Shown: positions 8,253 through 23,108 of the stretch, one piece after another | Layout: each line of letters begins with the position of its first letter | Numbering within the stretch: position 1 is the first letter of the stretch | Position numbers and translations under genes: made by a program | Assembly (NCBI GenBank): GCA_010093605.1 | Contig: MU004188.1 | Location: forward strand, 871,673 to 935,672 | Direction: 5' to 3' | DNA length: 64,000 nucleotides | DNA from: Lophium mytilinum | Taxonomy: Eukaryota | Notes under the pieces: generated by a model | What the model was told of the DNA's origin: nothing | What the model saw: only the letters and a program-made list of their open reading frames with translations | Database searches by the model: none

Positions 8253-11200
8253 TTAGTTCTCAAGCAAGCTCCGAAGCTCGTCGTCGATGAAATCGCTGAT
8301 CTTCTTCCGATTCTTCAAGTTCAACGCACCATTCCTCCACGCCGACCGAAGTTGTTTCAAGGCAGGTCGGCTAGCGTCCGCATGTTCCAGCTTAACCAGA
8401 TCCACGTAGTGACGAGCAATGCGCTCACGAATTGAAGCTTCGCTCGAAAGAGATTCCCCATAGAACTTTATGAGGTTCCTCAAGCCAACATCCGACAGAT
8501 TTTGTGCAGCATCCTCAAAAGCAAAACGGCGGAATTCGTCGTACATTCGAGTGTTGAAATTACGAATAAGAAAATGGGACCAAAACTGATAAAGAACATC
8601 CATGTCGTACGGGCAATTACCGATGGAGGCGTTGTTGCGTTGTTCGAGCGCTTTTGAACGGAGGTGGGCGTAAGACTCGTGAGTCGCATCAAGCGGGAGC
8701 GACTCGACAGGTGTGTCCATATCTTTGACCCAGAATAGACGGACAGAATTCGGGATTTGAGTCGTGCTTAGCGAGAATGGACTTGATGACCTCTGGACTT
8801 CATCTGTTTTGGTGCCTTCACATCTAGCAAGCCGATTACATTAGCGAGAGTCCTGCCATCATGCGCTTCCTATCGCCTACGGCTCACCTTACCTGAGAAG
8901 GACCAGTTCCGTTGACGCGGAGGCTGGATTGAACGTTTTCTGACTTTGAGACTTCTTCAGGCACACCGTTTTGGCTGTCAATGGAACCGTTCGAGAACGT
9001 TCTAGAGGTAGCAGGCGGGTGACCCGAGAACTGCTTGGGTTCTTGTTTCCGAACGATTACACTCAGTGCCACCGTTTGTTCATCGGAGAAAGAGTCTGCA
9101 TTCCCGTTGAGGATTGACTTCAATGGTTCTGTGGCTTTAGTCGAAGGTAAGGCGGCGTTACCATTCGGTATATCGGCAGTAGCACCAGGTACGAAGTCAG
9201 GCACAAACCCGTTGACCCCATTCTCCACTGCAGCTGAACTAGCCGGCACGCCAGGATGAATACCATTCAAGGGCTGGAAGACTCCCTCGGCGGATAACGG
9301 TCCAGGGCTCGTCGGCGATCCTGCCGGCATGATAGGATATCGCGGGCCGTAGGGTTCAAAGCCTTGAGGGTGAGGCACTGGTGGATTGTGTAGTTCCGTG
9401 GACCCATCATTTTGGGCTGTAGGGTCGCGCTCCGGCATGTTGAGGACGAATTGTTCCCAGCCTTCGCGACGACGAAGCCTGTCTTTGCCGTCGACACCAA
9501 CTCGGAATTCGACAGTTCGCGACTGGTAGCAGACTAGCCTAATCAGATCCAGATCAGGGGTCAACTGCTTCATGCGATTGAAGTTGGCTATGACGCTGAG
9601 GAATACGAATCCTTTAGAGTCCATGTGCTTCCGTAGGAACATGTCTTTGCAGAGATTGTCCACTGAGAAATAATATTCGCTGTAATGCGTTAGTGGGATC
9701 GAGTATGTAGTGAGGCAGGAATTTACATCTGAAGCGAGACCATAGTGAGCAGTGGATTCGGGTCGCCGTATGGGCTATATGGCACCGCGCTCATCGGATG
9801 CTGCATCACAGGATAGTCATACATCTGTCCCGTGAACGTCTGGATAGGCGAAAGAGGTTGCGGGCCACTGGGATAGCCATTGACCACTCTTCCATAGAAG
9901 GTGTCCGAAGTGACAGACTGTGAACGAGGTCCATTGCCTCGGTAGTTGCGAGGCTGTTGAGTCATGGGTACAAAGTAGTTTTGCTGTTCAGGATGGAATG
10001 TGGTTGGAGACCTAGCTGGAGGGAAAGTTGAGGAACTCTGAAGAGGTTGGGGATGACCATTAGTAAAGTGGTGGTTATTTGGGTGGTGCGGACTCTGGAA
10101 ACCGTGGTTCCCGCCCCGCCCGCCACGTATGCCACCGCGACCTCGATCCGGACGGTCACGACCGGAAAAAGAGTTGTACTGGCTAGGCCGGCGGTCCCCA
10201 TTTGGAGCCTTGGTTTGAGAAGCTTGGCCTTCCGTGTTCGTGGAGCGCCCCTCTTCTAAAACAGTGTAGTTAGTATATTAATGCGCAAGTACGTAAAAGC
10301 AACATAACGAGTGCGGAGCATCTTGCTTACCCTCTGGCTGCGTCGCATTTGAGGTTCGGCGGCCAATAAAGCTGTCCTTAGTTGGTGATAGAACGTCGCC
10401 ATCCTTCCTCCTCTCGGCGGTGGGAGCCGGCCCGTCGAATTTTCGACCTTGCTTAGGTCTATTTGGCTGATATGAACGAGCGTTGGCGTTGTTCTGTCCC
10501 GCAGGTTGTTGGCTGGCCGGGGCGTCATCCATGATCGACGCTCTCCTGGATGCCATATCGGGATCCGCTGCTGACGTAGACTTCACTGCCTTGTCGCCTG
10601 CAACTGGTGCAGACCTATTATCCCTCCAAGATGGTGATCCGGCACTGCCGGTCCTCTTCGCCTTGCTTGGGGATACATCTCGAGCCATGCCATCAGGCCT
10701 GCCTCGTCTTGAGTGATCGCCATTGGGTAACGAGGTTGGAGCGGCAGCGTCTCTATCTGTCGCACCAGCTCCATTCGCGCCACCTGCTCCTCCGCGACCA
10801 CCGCCTTGAGCGTTTCCACGTCCTCCACCTCGACCACCCCTCCGACCTGACGAGGTATTCGGAATTGGCGTGGTAAATAGCACGGAGGGCGTGTAGGGCA
10901 CCGGAACCCACTCCTGCTTGCCATGTGGCTTCGATGAGGTGGTCTGGGTGCGCTCCTTCTCTGCTTTGGGATTCTTGTCCAGGGACTTCTTCTTCCCGTC
11001 GTCCAACGCGCTGTCAGGTGTAGGCCATGATTCTTGATCGCGGACTGGAGGTGGCAGAGTCGCTGCTGTCGCTTTGATGTCCTTTTCGGGCGCTCGAGTC
11101 CTAGCATTTTTCTTCGACTTGTCCGCGTCCAGATCCGGTCTCACATCTCGTCGACCTTGGGCAGGTTTATCGTCGTCTCGAGGTTTGCCATCGGCATTGT

Positions 11201-11999
11201 GCCTCTTTTCTCTCGGCGTGGCTGTCGCATCTGCATCATCGCCTCCGAAAGGAGTCTTTCCTTTCTTCTTAGGCTCGCTTCGGGATATGCCGTTAGGCCC
11301 GCCATGATGACTAGGGCCGGTCCCATTCACGGGAGTCTGATTTGTGAAGCCAGCATTCTTTGCAGGGCTAGGCTGTACAGCGGCCTTGGCCTTGGCAGCT
11401 TCGTCTGCCCTCTGTTTCCAGATGTTCACCATCGGTATCGGCGCGTCTTGAAGCGACTTGGGCGGTGCCTTCTCTCCGTCCTTGTTCTTTTTCGGCTTCT
11501 CTGCGGCATTCTCCTTGGATTCTGCCGCTTTATCAGCTATGTTCGAAGTCTGCGACTTGGTGTCCCAAGTGGATTCCGAGGAGGCGTTAGGCAATGATGA
11601 CACATCGTCGTCCTTGACCAGGGTCGAGGCAGATGAAGCGCCGAAGTCAGGAGAAGAGACGCTGGACACAGGCTTTTCCTGTGAGGGCAAATTCTGCTTC
11701 GAGGGAGGTGGTGGCATGTCGTTGGTCTGGGGCCCACGGATAGTCGATGCTGTATCCGACTCTTTCTCAATAGTAATTCCGTCCTCGGTATCGTCCGCCC
11801 AGCTCATGCCTGAAGGCGCCGTTGAAATTGAGGCGGGAGCGGGGGTAGAATCCTTCGAAGGAGTGGCGGCTCCTGATGTGGGCTTGCTTGGAGCTCCGAC
11901 AGAAGTCGATGAAGATTTTAGACCTTTCGCGGCCTGGGCGTATGAGAATGGAACTGCGGTTGGGGCGTCGCCGCCCGATCGTTTGGCTGGTGTAGCCAT
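8253..11999 (-). CDS. La-related RNA-binding protein (LARP1/Sro9-like)
   Basis: La motif YYFSVDNLCKDMFLRKHMDSKGFV..IANFNRM, RGG tracts and a DM15-like C-terminus (LYQFWSHFL..FN..MYDEFR). Introns near 10.3, 9.7 and 8.85 kb. Confidence 0.9.
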
Positions 12000-14900
12000 T
12001 TCGCAGGGTGATACTCTCTTGCTTGGAACAACCTAGGAAGGCTAAGTTCTTTCAGAGAGGCGACCGGTTAAAGGTCTAGTGGTCCCTGGCGGGAGCACTG
12101 AGGGTGTCTACCAACGCAGATGCGCGAAGGTTCGACGTCCGGAGAGGAGCGTTCTCAGAACCTCTCCGCACCGAGTACTCCGTGAGCACTAGTATCTGTT
12201 GGCTTGCACGGGAGCTATCTCCTGGTAAAGACAGTGTATGCTGGTCTACCGATGGCTGTGGATGGCGTAGACGGGCGGGAGTGCGGCCTCGAAGGCGGGG
12301 AAGAGGTGAGAGCGTCGGGGAGCGCGAAGAAGCTTCGTGGAAGCTGGGCAGGCTGCGCGGGGTCCTTGTTCTCGACTCGTAGCACGTCGAGACTAAGCTG
12401 GGCTATTAGGATGTCTGGGTGAGCTCCGAGTTAGCGACGATGTCGGAGACACGGTGCGGGGAGAAAGCGATACGAGCTCGAGGACGGCGTCTGAGTCGAA
12501 TGGGTTTAGGGATGCTGGGGGATAGGAGCTGGGGGCTTGTAGAGGGAAGAAACGAGGAATTGCGCAGATTGGGAAATATAATGTGCGGGATGGCCTCTGC
12601 CGACTGCCGTCTGATATGTGCCGACACGCCGCCACACAGAGCTCGCGAGCAGGTCCACGGCAGCCAGTCGGTGCGAACAAACTGACCGTCGGTGCCTGGG
12701 CGCGAGCTGACTATGAGGATAATTTTCCGTGCGGGGAGCGGGCAAGCAAGCAGTTTGGTAGGCGGCTTGCAGCGTGCGCGACACGGTGGACGAGACTAAC
12801 CTTCTCTAGGAATTTTTCCAGTAGCAGATGCGCAGCGGCGACTCGATGAGCGGCGGCGAAGCTCGCGGGGTCGAGGCAGCGGAGCGGGTGGGTGAGATGG
12901 TGGAGGGTGGAGGGTGATGAGGAGGAGACGAAGTGCAGTGGTACTCCAGGCACGACAATCGAGGTCACGGCTTTCGCTGGGGCGGCGACGAGCGGGCGAG
13001 ACGGTGTCTGCAACGGCTCGGAAGGCGGGCGACCTGCTGTGTGCGATGTCGTCTCGAGCAGAGGCGACGGCTTGGAGAAGAGGGCACGGGATGGGTGCGA
13101 GGGTAAAGTTGATGGAGGCCGAGTTCTGTAAAAAATTCGCGCTGCGAGTGAGTGTCTGGCGCTCTAGCATCCGAAGACCACACGCTTCCCGCCAGCCCGC
13201 CGCATACTCGGCACATTACCAACACCCACCACCACACCTGCACTGGACTCGCCAACTGCCAACCGTGGACGCCTGCACGCACGCCCGAGGCCCGGTGAAT
13301 TGATATTGCGCGGCTGCGTGTGGGTGCTTCGCTGTATAGAGTCCTCGCTGTCCTGCCCGTCCCATGGTTCATCCTGCAATTCCTCGGGGGCCCCTCCGCT
13401 CCAGCGCCGTTTCGGCAGCACGAGCAGTTTGATAGAGCACTCTAATCCCGGCCGCAGCGCCTACAGCTGCTGGAGCGCCCCCTCCGAGCTTCTCATATGT
13501 GGCATGACCGCCTTCACAGCTTCACAGCACGGCCAAAAGGCGTGAAATTAAATATGGAATGTCCCCGCGGCCGTCTTGCTGACTCGGAGCCGACAAGCCC
13601 AACGTCCCCTGGAGCCTGCACAGAGCCCCATCGCCATCCGTATCAACCCGTCTCGTGAGCCTCTGGGTGGGGTGAGGCCACACAGGCGTCGCCCAGGAAT
13701 TGGTAGACGGATTGTAGTACTGAGAATTCTTCTTTCCGATGTTCAATTGCAGTTAGAGGTTCAAATACGTCATCGTCAATTCTTTGATACTTTGATGGCA
13801 CTTTCATAGGCAACCGACCACGCCACACGGCCTGGTGAGTCCCAGCTTTTAGATTCCTATCACTCATATGATATACGAGACAGCTATACGCAGCTCCCAA
13901 AAATCAGTGAGGTTAATTATCACTTTTCCGGAGTGGACCTTATGAACTGAGGGGTAACATTGGGGATCTTGCTGGGGTTTATACGTGTTCCGTGGCTGGC
14001 CACAGGCAGCCATCTTGATACCAGCGAGGCGTACTTCTATTTCGGCTTCGTTCGCGCAATTTAGACCACGTTGCGGCCGCAAGAATCATGGTCGCCGACA
14101 ACTTCGCTACCAAGTGTCGAAGATCCTTAACCTAGGCAATCCCTATTCCGGGTATCTCAAAATCCATGCTGTCTTCTGGAGCCACAGCTCATGCAGATCC
14201 ATGACCATCTACTCTTCGGCCATTGGTTCTAGTTCCTCGTCACCGAAAGCCCTGCCGTCTTCACATGCTGACATACAATCTCGACACTACCCCTACTCCC
14301 AGCCAAGACCCGTCCGTGAACCGTTCGAACCAAGCTTTCAACTTCTACGCAGTTTTATTGCTAGTCATGCATGTCGTTCCACTACTTGATCCTTTGTTAC
14401 ATCATGGAACGCAATATGTGCAGTCCAATATAGCGAGCCCCCCTTGCAATCTTGGCTAAATATCGACCAAGTACCTTGTTTGAGACGCACATCGACTATA
14501 CCCCGCGGCCTATGCCACGCGGCCCGTCTAGAGCTGTCCCAGAATAGGCGATTGTGGACATGGGAGTGTATGTTTAATTGGGGCGGTATGTGTTCTGAGG
14601 CGATGTCGTTCCCTTGGCACCTGGTCGAGGAGTCTATTTCCAATGTGGACCACTGATCTGGGCCGCATAGCTTACTGCCACTATAATCAGTTCCTGAGGC
14701 TGGTGGGCTCTATGGTTGAAATTGCTGACTTGATCGCATTGCGCCTCATAGGTCTCACGCGTCGTAACCATTGCATATTCCACTGCCCCTAAGTTTCGAA
14801 AGCATTCATTTTGTCGCGAGCTTGGTAGATACGACCGATAAGATGAAAGAGAAAAGGAAAAACAAGAAAGAAAAGCAATCGCCACGCGATAGGCGCCCAT

Positions 14901-15112
14901 GAGTCCGTCGATGAGTTCGAGGATGCAAGATCAATGTCCGCCGAAGGCTGCCGTACAAATAACATCATGTCTTCCTCGTCCAATTCAATCCGCTCCAGCT
15001 CATGTCGTCCCCAAAGTCCACACACTTCGCTGGGCGTGCGTCTTCATTAGACCAAGATATAGTCGCCCCACCGATCTGAAAGCCCATCCATCGCTGCCAT
15101 CGTTGAGTTACC

Positions 15113-16964
15113 TCAAGTCCATAGCCACTTCCGGCACTTCTTCGCTCCACAAAGACAGGGCACCGATTCTTGGCTAGGCTGCGAAGACTCCACAGCCTCG
15201 TCATCATCATCCTCCTCCTCATCCTTATCCAGATAGTCGAACGTGAGCTCCTCCATCGCTGGAATGTTGCGACAGGCGAAAAGTGCGATATCGTAGACTT
15301 TGCAGTCGTGTTTGTTGTAGGAGACGGTGTACTGTCTGCAATTTGGCTCGCATGAGTGGTTCATGAACTTGATCGGTCCACCCATGTATTCTCCATCGAC
15401 GACGTAGAGCTCTTCTTGAGACAGCCCTTCTGACTCTGCGAACTTGTCCAGGGAGTAGAGATAACTAGCCTTTGCCTTACCTCCGCTCTCCTCTCGGCGG
15501 GTGGCTTCTTCGTCAGTGATGATCTCGCCACGGTACGTGTCGATAAATTCGCCTTCGCGGAGGTCTTGTTTGGCACGAAGGCCTGCAGGAGTCAGCTTAG
15601 AAACTTATCACAATCAAGGGAAGTACTTACCCCAACCTCTCTTTTTCGTCTTGAAGATTTCTAGCTCAACATGCCGTCCACGCTGGACATTTTTGTTCCG
15701 ACAAAATGGGCCACATGCACAACTGTCGTTGCACTCGTAGATCGGATTTCGCGACCTGAGGTAGAAAGGCACCAAGCAACCAGTCCTGTCCGACGCGTCT
15801 GCGTAATAAGGAAACTTCTTCGGCAATCCAATCGTCGATCCTCCTTCTTCTCGGATCGTCCTGTACTCCTTCTTCTGCTCGTCCGAAAGCCGGGCTTCGT
15901 CAACGCTGGCATACTCAAGACAGTCGCACTTCTTCGTGTACTCGCACCCGATGTTCCTGCCCATGTGCGGCCGACATTGCTGGCAGCCGATCTGCGTCGC
16001 GGGATCTGCTTTGAAAACGCCTTCTTGGAGAACGGACTCTGCGATGAACTTGAAGCGGAGAGATGGAGCGGAGCGGTCGTGGACATTGGAGAGGTGGACC
16101 TTGGCGCCTGGGAGAGCTCGGAGGCGTTGGAGGATTTCGTTGCGGATCATGTTTTCGGCTGTATATGTACTTGAACTTCTTGCCGTCTGAACCATATCTA
16201 GAGTGGGTATATCGGCGACACTGATGCGTGGAATGTCTGGCTGAGTAACCTAGTTCAATTATCAATACAGCTTCTTCACTTCCAAATCCAACAGCTTACA
16301 CTCTTTGCCGTGATAGCGCCTTTGCTCTCCTCAAGGACTCCATTGTATGTCTTTATCTCAGCATTGATCGTTCGCCCAGACGAAGAAGATGACCGCTCGG
16401 TCGACGATGTGGAAGACGCTCGGCTTGACGATAGTAAACGGTTGGCTGGAGATGCTCGACGGTCGATCTCAGTATCAGTGTCCGGAGATTTCCTCTTTCG
16501 GGACGAGTGGCTAATAGAATGTCAATATTAGCGAGATGGATTGACTAGGATACTCTGTAGTGAGGAAATAAATGACTCACGTCTGCTTCGCCTCCAGATA
16601 ATCCTGGACGAGCTCCAAACAATTGACTAGCTCTAGAGGAGTATGCCAGGAGAATACGGGATAGCTGGTTGGCTTTTTAGAAGACCATTTCACCAAATAT
16701 TGCTCCTCCTAGATGCAAATTTAGTAAACCTCACCTATGAGGCGGAACGTCACGTGAGGTTGGAGATTCGTACCTTTTGGTTGTTCACCCTGTTGCAGAT
16801 GACAGAAGCTACCTGGTGAGGTTTCGGTCAGACCAAGTCAGGCCAAAGCCTTGATAATAGGTGAAATGCGAGAGTGGGTGGTCGGGTGCTCTTACATTGT
16901 GATGTTGAACTTTGAGAATCCGCAGCGTCTCTGATCTTATTGGGATTACCACCATTGGTGGCAT
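15113..16964 (-). CDS. dim-5: Histone H3K9 methyltransferase (DIM-5/Clr4/KMT1) with an N-terminal chromodomain-like region
   Basis: Cys-rich pre-SET (IYECNDSCACGPFCRNK), SET (GWGL, NHSCEPN, ELTFDY) and post-SET (CLCGAKKCRKWLW). 5' exons 16964-16896, 16812-16774, 16708-16581 and 16510-16300 splice in frame. Confidence 0.93.
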
Positions 16965-16967
16965 TTC

Positions 16968-17830
16968 CTACAAAACGCGTGTATGTTAGCAAACATGGCT
17001 TAGAATTAGGTTAGACTTATTTTAAGGATAAGAAGGATGCTAAAAACGCGTTGTAAAGCGCTTGTCTAGCTCTTATTGTAATTATTGATATTATTATAGA
17101 TAGAGGCAAACTTACATGTGCGAGACCCCTATTCGTAAAGTACGGTAATAATCACGTATTTATTAGGCAGGCAGCAGGACGCTTTACGTGAGCGCTTTTA
17201 ATGGGAGTTCTTAGAGCGTTGTTAGTAGTAGGTAAGGTGGTTGTTTCTAGAAAGAAGTAAAAGATAACCTAGCTAAGTATAATTAGATGAGCCTATATGA
17301 TTTTACCGAAGTGATACCGGCTTACTAATATACTAGAATTTAAAGAATTTACTACTAGCTTATCTTCTTATCTATATTCTACTAAAGATATAGCTATTAA
17401 ATTTATAGCTTAGATAGTTAACTTGCTTAAATTCTAGATATATTACTAGTCTAGTTCTAATAACTATTTAGCTAAAAGTGTGCTTAAACTTTAATTTAGC
17501 TTAATATAGGGAAAGCATGGCTTGAAGCACCATTAAGTCTTCGCGCGACACAAGCAACAAGCAATGCTTGTCTGGACTGTTGAAGCTGCCGTGGAGCGGT
17601 TTCGGATCGGGTCTAACGGCGTCGAACGGCATCTTTTGCGAGGTGGAAATCTTAAAAGCGCCCTAATCAGAATCCTAGTTCTACTAGTTTCCTTTCTACT
17701 AATACAACCGCTAATTTACTCCGCTTCAAGTTAAATAAATTAGGCTTTTTACTAGTAAGAAGCGTATAGCAAAGATATTCTTGTAGTCGATTTGTAATGC
17801 TACAATTTGTCTAGATTCATGCAATTAAGT
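16968..17830. other. AT-rich patch with a RIP-like dinucleotide signature
   Basis: No CpA on the + strand from about 17177 to 17515, few TpG and very frequent TpA, in contrast to the flanks. Confidence 0.75.
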
Positions 17831-18279
17831 ACAAAAGAGGTTATATTGTTCTAGGCCTACGTTGGATCCTAGAGTTCGTTGAACAAGATAGGTCACTGAA
17901 ACCAAAAAAGTAGTCCAACATATTGGGATTGGTAGTTCCAGGATGCAACGGGAGTCCTATCTCGTGTTTCACCTGGAACGTTTTTAGGCTACAGATCGAG
18001 TCCATGGATTGGTCGGCCAGCACGTCTTGAAAATGCAACCTGTCCATTTGGAAGACGACTTTACGGAGCTCATTATAGTAATCTTTACTCTCGAGAGATT
18101 CAGAATCTGCCTAGTTATTATTTCTAGGGTGTCGGCCGAAACAGGTGTGCAGGGTCTCGGCGTGGCTTTATGCAGCCCTATTCATTGGATTTCTTATCGA
18201 TAACAACCTCGCGGGATTTTCTTCAGCTCTAACGTTCCCGCATCTCGAAAGTTGCAAGACTTCAAAAATATCTACAACC

Positions 18280-19217
18280 ATGGCGTCCACAGCCCAGAAC
18301 ACACCTTTCATAAAGCAGTTCGCTTCTAGCGGTACAAGTTCTCCATCTCTTCCTATCAAGATCATCACCCGCTAATGACTACATCGCAGACAAGCGCATC
18401 CGCGACAAAGCCCTCGACAGCCTCCGAACCTTCCTCAGCGGCCGCTCAAGCATAGAAGAGATCGAGCTACTAAAGCTATGGAAAGGGCTCTTTTACTGTA
18501 TGCCTCTACATCTTAAATCGCCGAAATATGGAGAAGCTCACATACCCCAGGCATGTGGATGAGTGACAAACCCCTCGTCCAGCAACGTCTCGCAGTCGAC
18601 CTCGCCTCTCTAGTCGACACGCTACGCCCCGACGTCGTGCTCCCCTTCCTCGATGCGTTCTGGAAAATTCTGGCGCGGGAGTGGGGAAATATTGACGCGT
18701 TGCGGTATGTCGTACCTGTTCTGCACCAATTCACCGTTCACATTCATATAACAATAAACTAATACATACGACTGTGTCTAGCATGAACAAATTCCTCTAC
18801 CTAATCCGCCAATACCTCTTCGCCTCCTTCCGCTACCTCTCGCGGCACAGCTGGGCTAATACTACTGCAATAACGGGCTGTATGGATGTTCTCGCCGCTA
18901 CACCACTGAATCCTACCGACCCGAAGATCCCGAATGGTATGAGATATCATGTGCTAGATATCTACGTGGATGAGCTGGATCGAGTGGATGCAGATCGGGA
19001 AGGGAAGATGCCGCTTGAGGCGCTGCTGGCGCCGGTTAGGGCATTAGACATGGAGTCGAAAACGAAGGCGGTAAGAAAGAGTGCGAGGGAGGTATTGACG
19101 GATGAGAGGTTGAAAGATTGGAATAAGGTGGAGGAGGGGGCAGACGAGGAGAGCTCCGGAGGTGCTGCTGTTGGCGCTGAGGAGGACGATGGGGAATGGG
19201 GTGGGATTGATGATTGA
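18280..19217 (+). CDS. RRP1: Ribosomal RNA processing protein RRP1/Nop52
   Basis: [37 protein letters not shown]. Three introns. Confidence 0.93.
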
Positions 19218-20106
19218 TATTTGAGGATTGAGGAATGAGGCATGGTCTTCCTGGATCTCTTTGCAGCGAGGCGTTCCGGTTCTCTCTTGGTGTTCAAAAG
19301 CATAATGATACCTAATGGTTGCATTACATGGGGGAATAGTCAAGTAAATATGCAATTTCAATCACTCTTTCTCAACAAGTTTTTATATTATCTAAGTCTA
19401 CAGCAGCTGAGCCCTACGTTCTTGCCACTACCGCATATGCAGAGAGCCTCAATCAGCTGCTGCTGTGCTCAAGCGACGCCGAAGTCGGATTTCGCTCCGT
19501 GGTTCTGCTTCATACTTATGTTCCATGGTTCTGCTCCTTCCAGGTCACTCCATCACCACGACCACTCTCACTGTCCAATAGCGGAAAAGTAATTCCCCCG
19601 ATCACGGAGATATTTTCTTTTCCAGTGCCGTGAAGCTACCACGGTTCTCCAGTCCCCTTCTGACTAAGCAAACTCAGCAGAAAGTACTTACACCTGTCCT
19701 CCCCTCGTCCCTCTTCTCTTCTTTGGCCTCCGGGCCTTCCTTTCTCTCACCCCCAAGATCTCATCCTCTGCATTTTGTATCACCATATTTTTGTATATGT
19801 AGGGCACAAAGGCGGCCCTTGTAGACTATGCTATCTCGACCCTTCCCCGGCCATGTATTCCCACCTTTTGTCACTCTTTCGGGGCAGCGTGTTCATCGAT
19901 ACATAGGCGGAAATGGATCGTCAGAGGAATTATGAGATCTTAGCTGGGAATATGGAGGTTTTGACCCGAGAAGGGTTTCCTCCATCGAATATACAAAGTT
20001 ATTTATGCACGCATGGCTTTTGAAGTGAACTTCGCGAATGTGAACTTATTTTGCCATTGTGTGCTATCGCCAAACTTCGGAAGACACCTATGCACTCACA
20101 AGCCGC

Positions 20107-21235
<1,129 letters not shown>

Positions 21236-21937
21236 CTTGTTCGTCTAGTGGGTTGAGTTGTTTGATGGTGTTCGCGGTTAGTGGTTGTCAAGAATTTCTA
21301 GATTAGGTGAAGACGTGAAGCGAGATGAGATTGGCGGACGCAGGTTATGATATTTATGAATCATTTATCACGGGACAATGTTTAGAGTACTTCGGTACAG
21401 TACTACTGGAGGTCTGCATGATCTCTCTATAGTTTCACGTTCTCGGCTGCCTTTCTGCGAGGCTAAGAGCCGTCAAGCAGGGAATTCCTCTCGTTTCACA
21501 CTATCAGTACGTGACTCCCAGGGTCTTGCTACACTCTGAGCCGCCTCTGGCCCATATCAGTTTACGCTGGAAAAGGCCCCATAGACTAAGAGCTTCAAGT
21601 CGACTTGATCGGAGTTTTGAATTGGTAGAGGGACGCTTTGGAGAAAGCATCTCACACTTTCGGCAGTGGACGTCACATCTGTTCTTTTCACAGCGGACCA
21701 TGTGCTCAGCATACTGTTTGTGTACTATAATTAATCCATAGCATTTAAAGACTGAGGGTCTGTATACAGGCTATCAAAACAAATGCACAACCAGTGTCTG
21801 CGCACTGCAAGACACTCCAATATCAACCAGGGTGGAAATTACTCCGCTATCAAAAAGGAGTAGAGCGCTCAAGACCAAAAATGCTGCCGCATACCGCATA
21901 CCTTCGTAATGCATGCGAGTCCAATCATCAGTCGTAA

Positions 21938-23108
21938 TCATCGAAATTCAATCGCGCCTTGGCACCCAAAATCAGGAACATGCTTCAGCTCGAGTTGTTG
22001 GAACCTAGGTCTGGTTAGTACTGGATGCTGCGGATTTGGATGGTGCCCAACGTACTTCTCGCTCTTGGCATGGAAATAGATCCCACTAATGCTCCCGGTA
22101 ACCTGATTGAAGCATATATAATAGAAACCCTCGAAACTTGCGCCATTGATTGTCCGGACGCGGTGGTCCGGCACGAGGAAGTACTCCTTCCACCGCATAA
22201 AAATGTGCTCCCGCTGCGCAAAGTTCTTGTATGTGAAGTCTTGTCGCTTCGCCTGTTTGGCAAGAGGTCGCCACGCCTGGAATCGTGCCCAGTGCTGCAT
22301 GTCCACCTTCTCGTTGGAGCCCCATTCGGGATGTTTTGTGGTAAAAGTGTATTTCGAGCCGATTATTTCGCCTTCGAAATAGGTCGTCAGGCTCGGATGG
22401 TCCTCCGTCAAGCCTATGCGGATCTAGTTAGCGATGCGCATGCTGTTTTGCTTGTCGCGTGTACCTTGGATGCGCAAGTAGCCGCACAGAAACGACTCCT
22501 TCATATCGACATGTTTGATCTCCACCTGGACGTCGTACACCTGACGGTCGGACTGTTGGTTGCCATGGAATTTACTTCCAGGTCTCAAGAAGGATGAAGT
22601 GGAGTTCGGGAGGAACTGCGCCCTTGCGTCAGCGGATGCGGAATGTCGCATGCTCAATCGGTCTCAGACTCACCCGAGCGTTTGAAAATGGTGACGGGAA
22701 CAACCCTGGATGATACCAGGGCGCGCTGGCCGACGGCGGAGCGGTGGAGATTGTGCCATTTTGCGCGTTGCGCTGGTCGCAATCTGCAGTCTCCTCAACG
22801 GCACTCAGCGGACTGGGAATGTCTCTTATTGGCCCGTCCTCTTCGGTATCCTGTCGCTTGCTATGCACGTCTGGTATGGTTGTCGCGTCTGAGGAAGCGT
22901 CGCCCTCGGCGGGCGGTGTTGGTTGCTGCGCTGGCGGTGAGAAGGAATTGTCTGCACTCGCCTCGTCGAGCAGCGGCTCGCGCTCGTCCTCGCTGCGTGA
23001 AGGCGACTGGCGCGACTCTTCTGGCGGACAGGTGGTGCGGCCCGCTGGGTGGCCGTCGTGCTCAGCGGGCGGCGAGAGCAGAAGACCGTCGTCACTGGGA
23101 GTTGGCAT
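21938..23108 (-). CDS. GID4: GID complex substrate receptor Gid4/Vid24
   Basis: FLRPGSKFHG.QQS, LTTYFEGEIIG, IFMRWKEYFLVPDH, GASFEGFYYI. Three introns. Confidence 0.92.

Noticed and set aside
13522..14700. Short ORFs, one with a WW-like YYNPSTNSW motif
   Set aside because: No coherent gene model or second supporting motif; at most unidentifiable decayed sequence.
17585..17640. GC-rich island inside the AT-rich patch considered as a tRNA
   Set aside because: No cloverleaf and no proper T-loop or B box.
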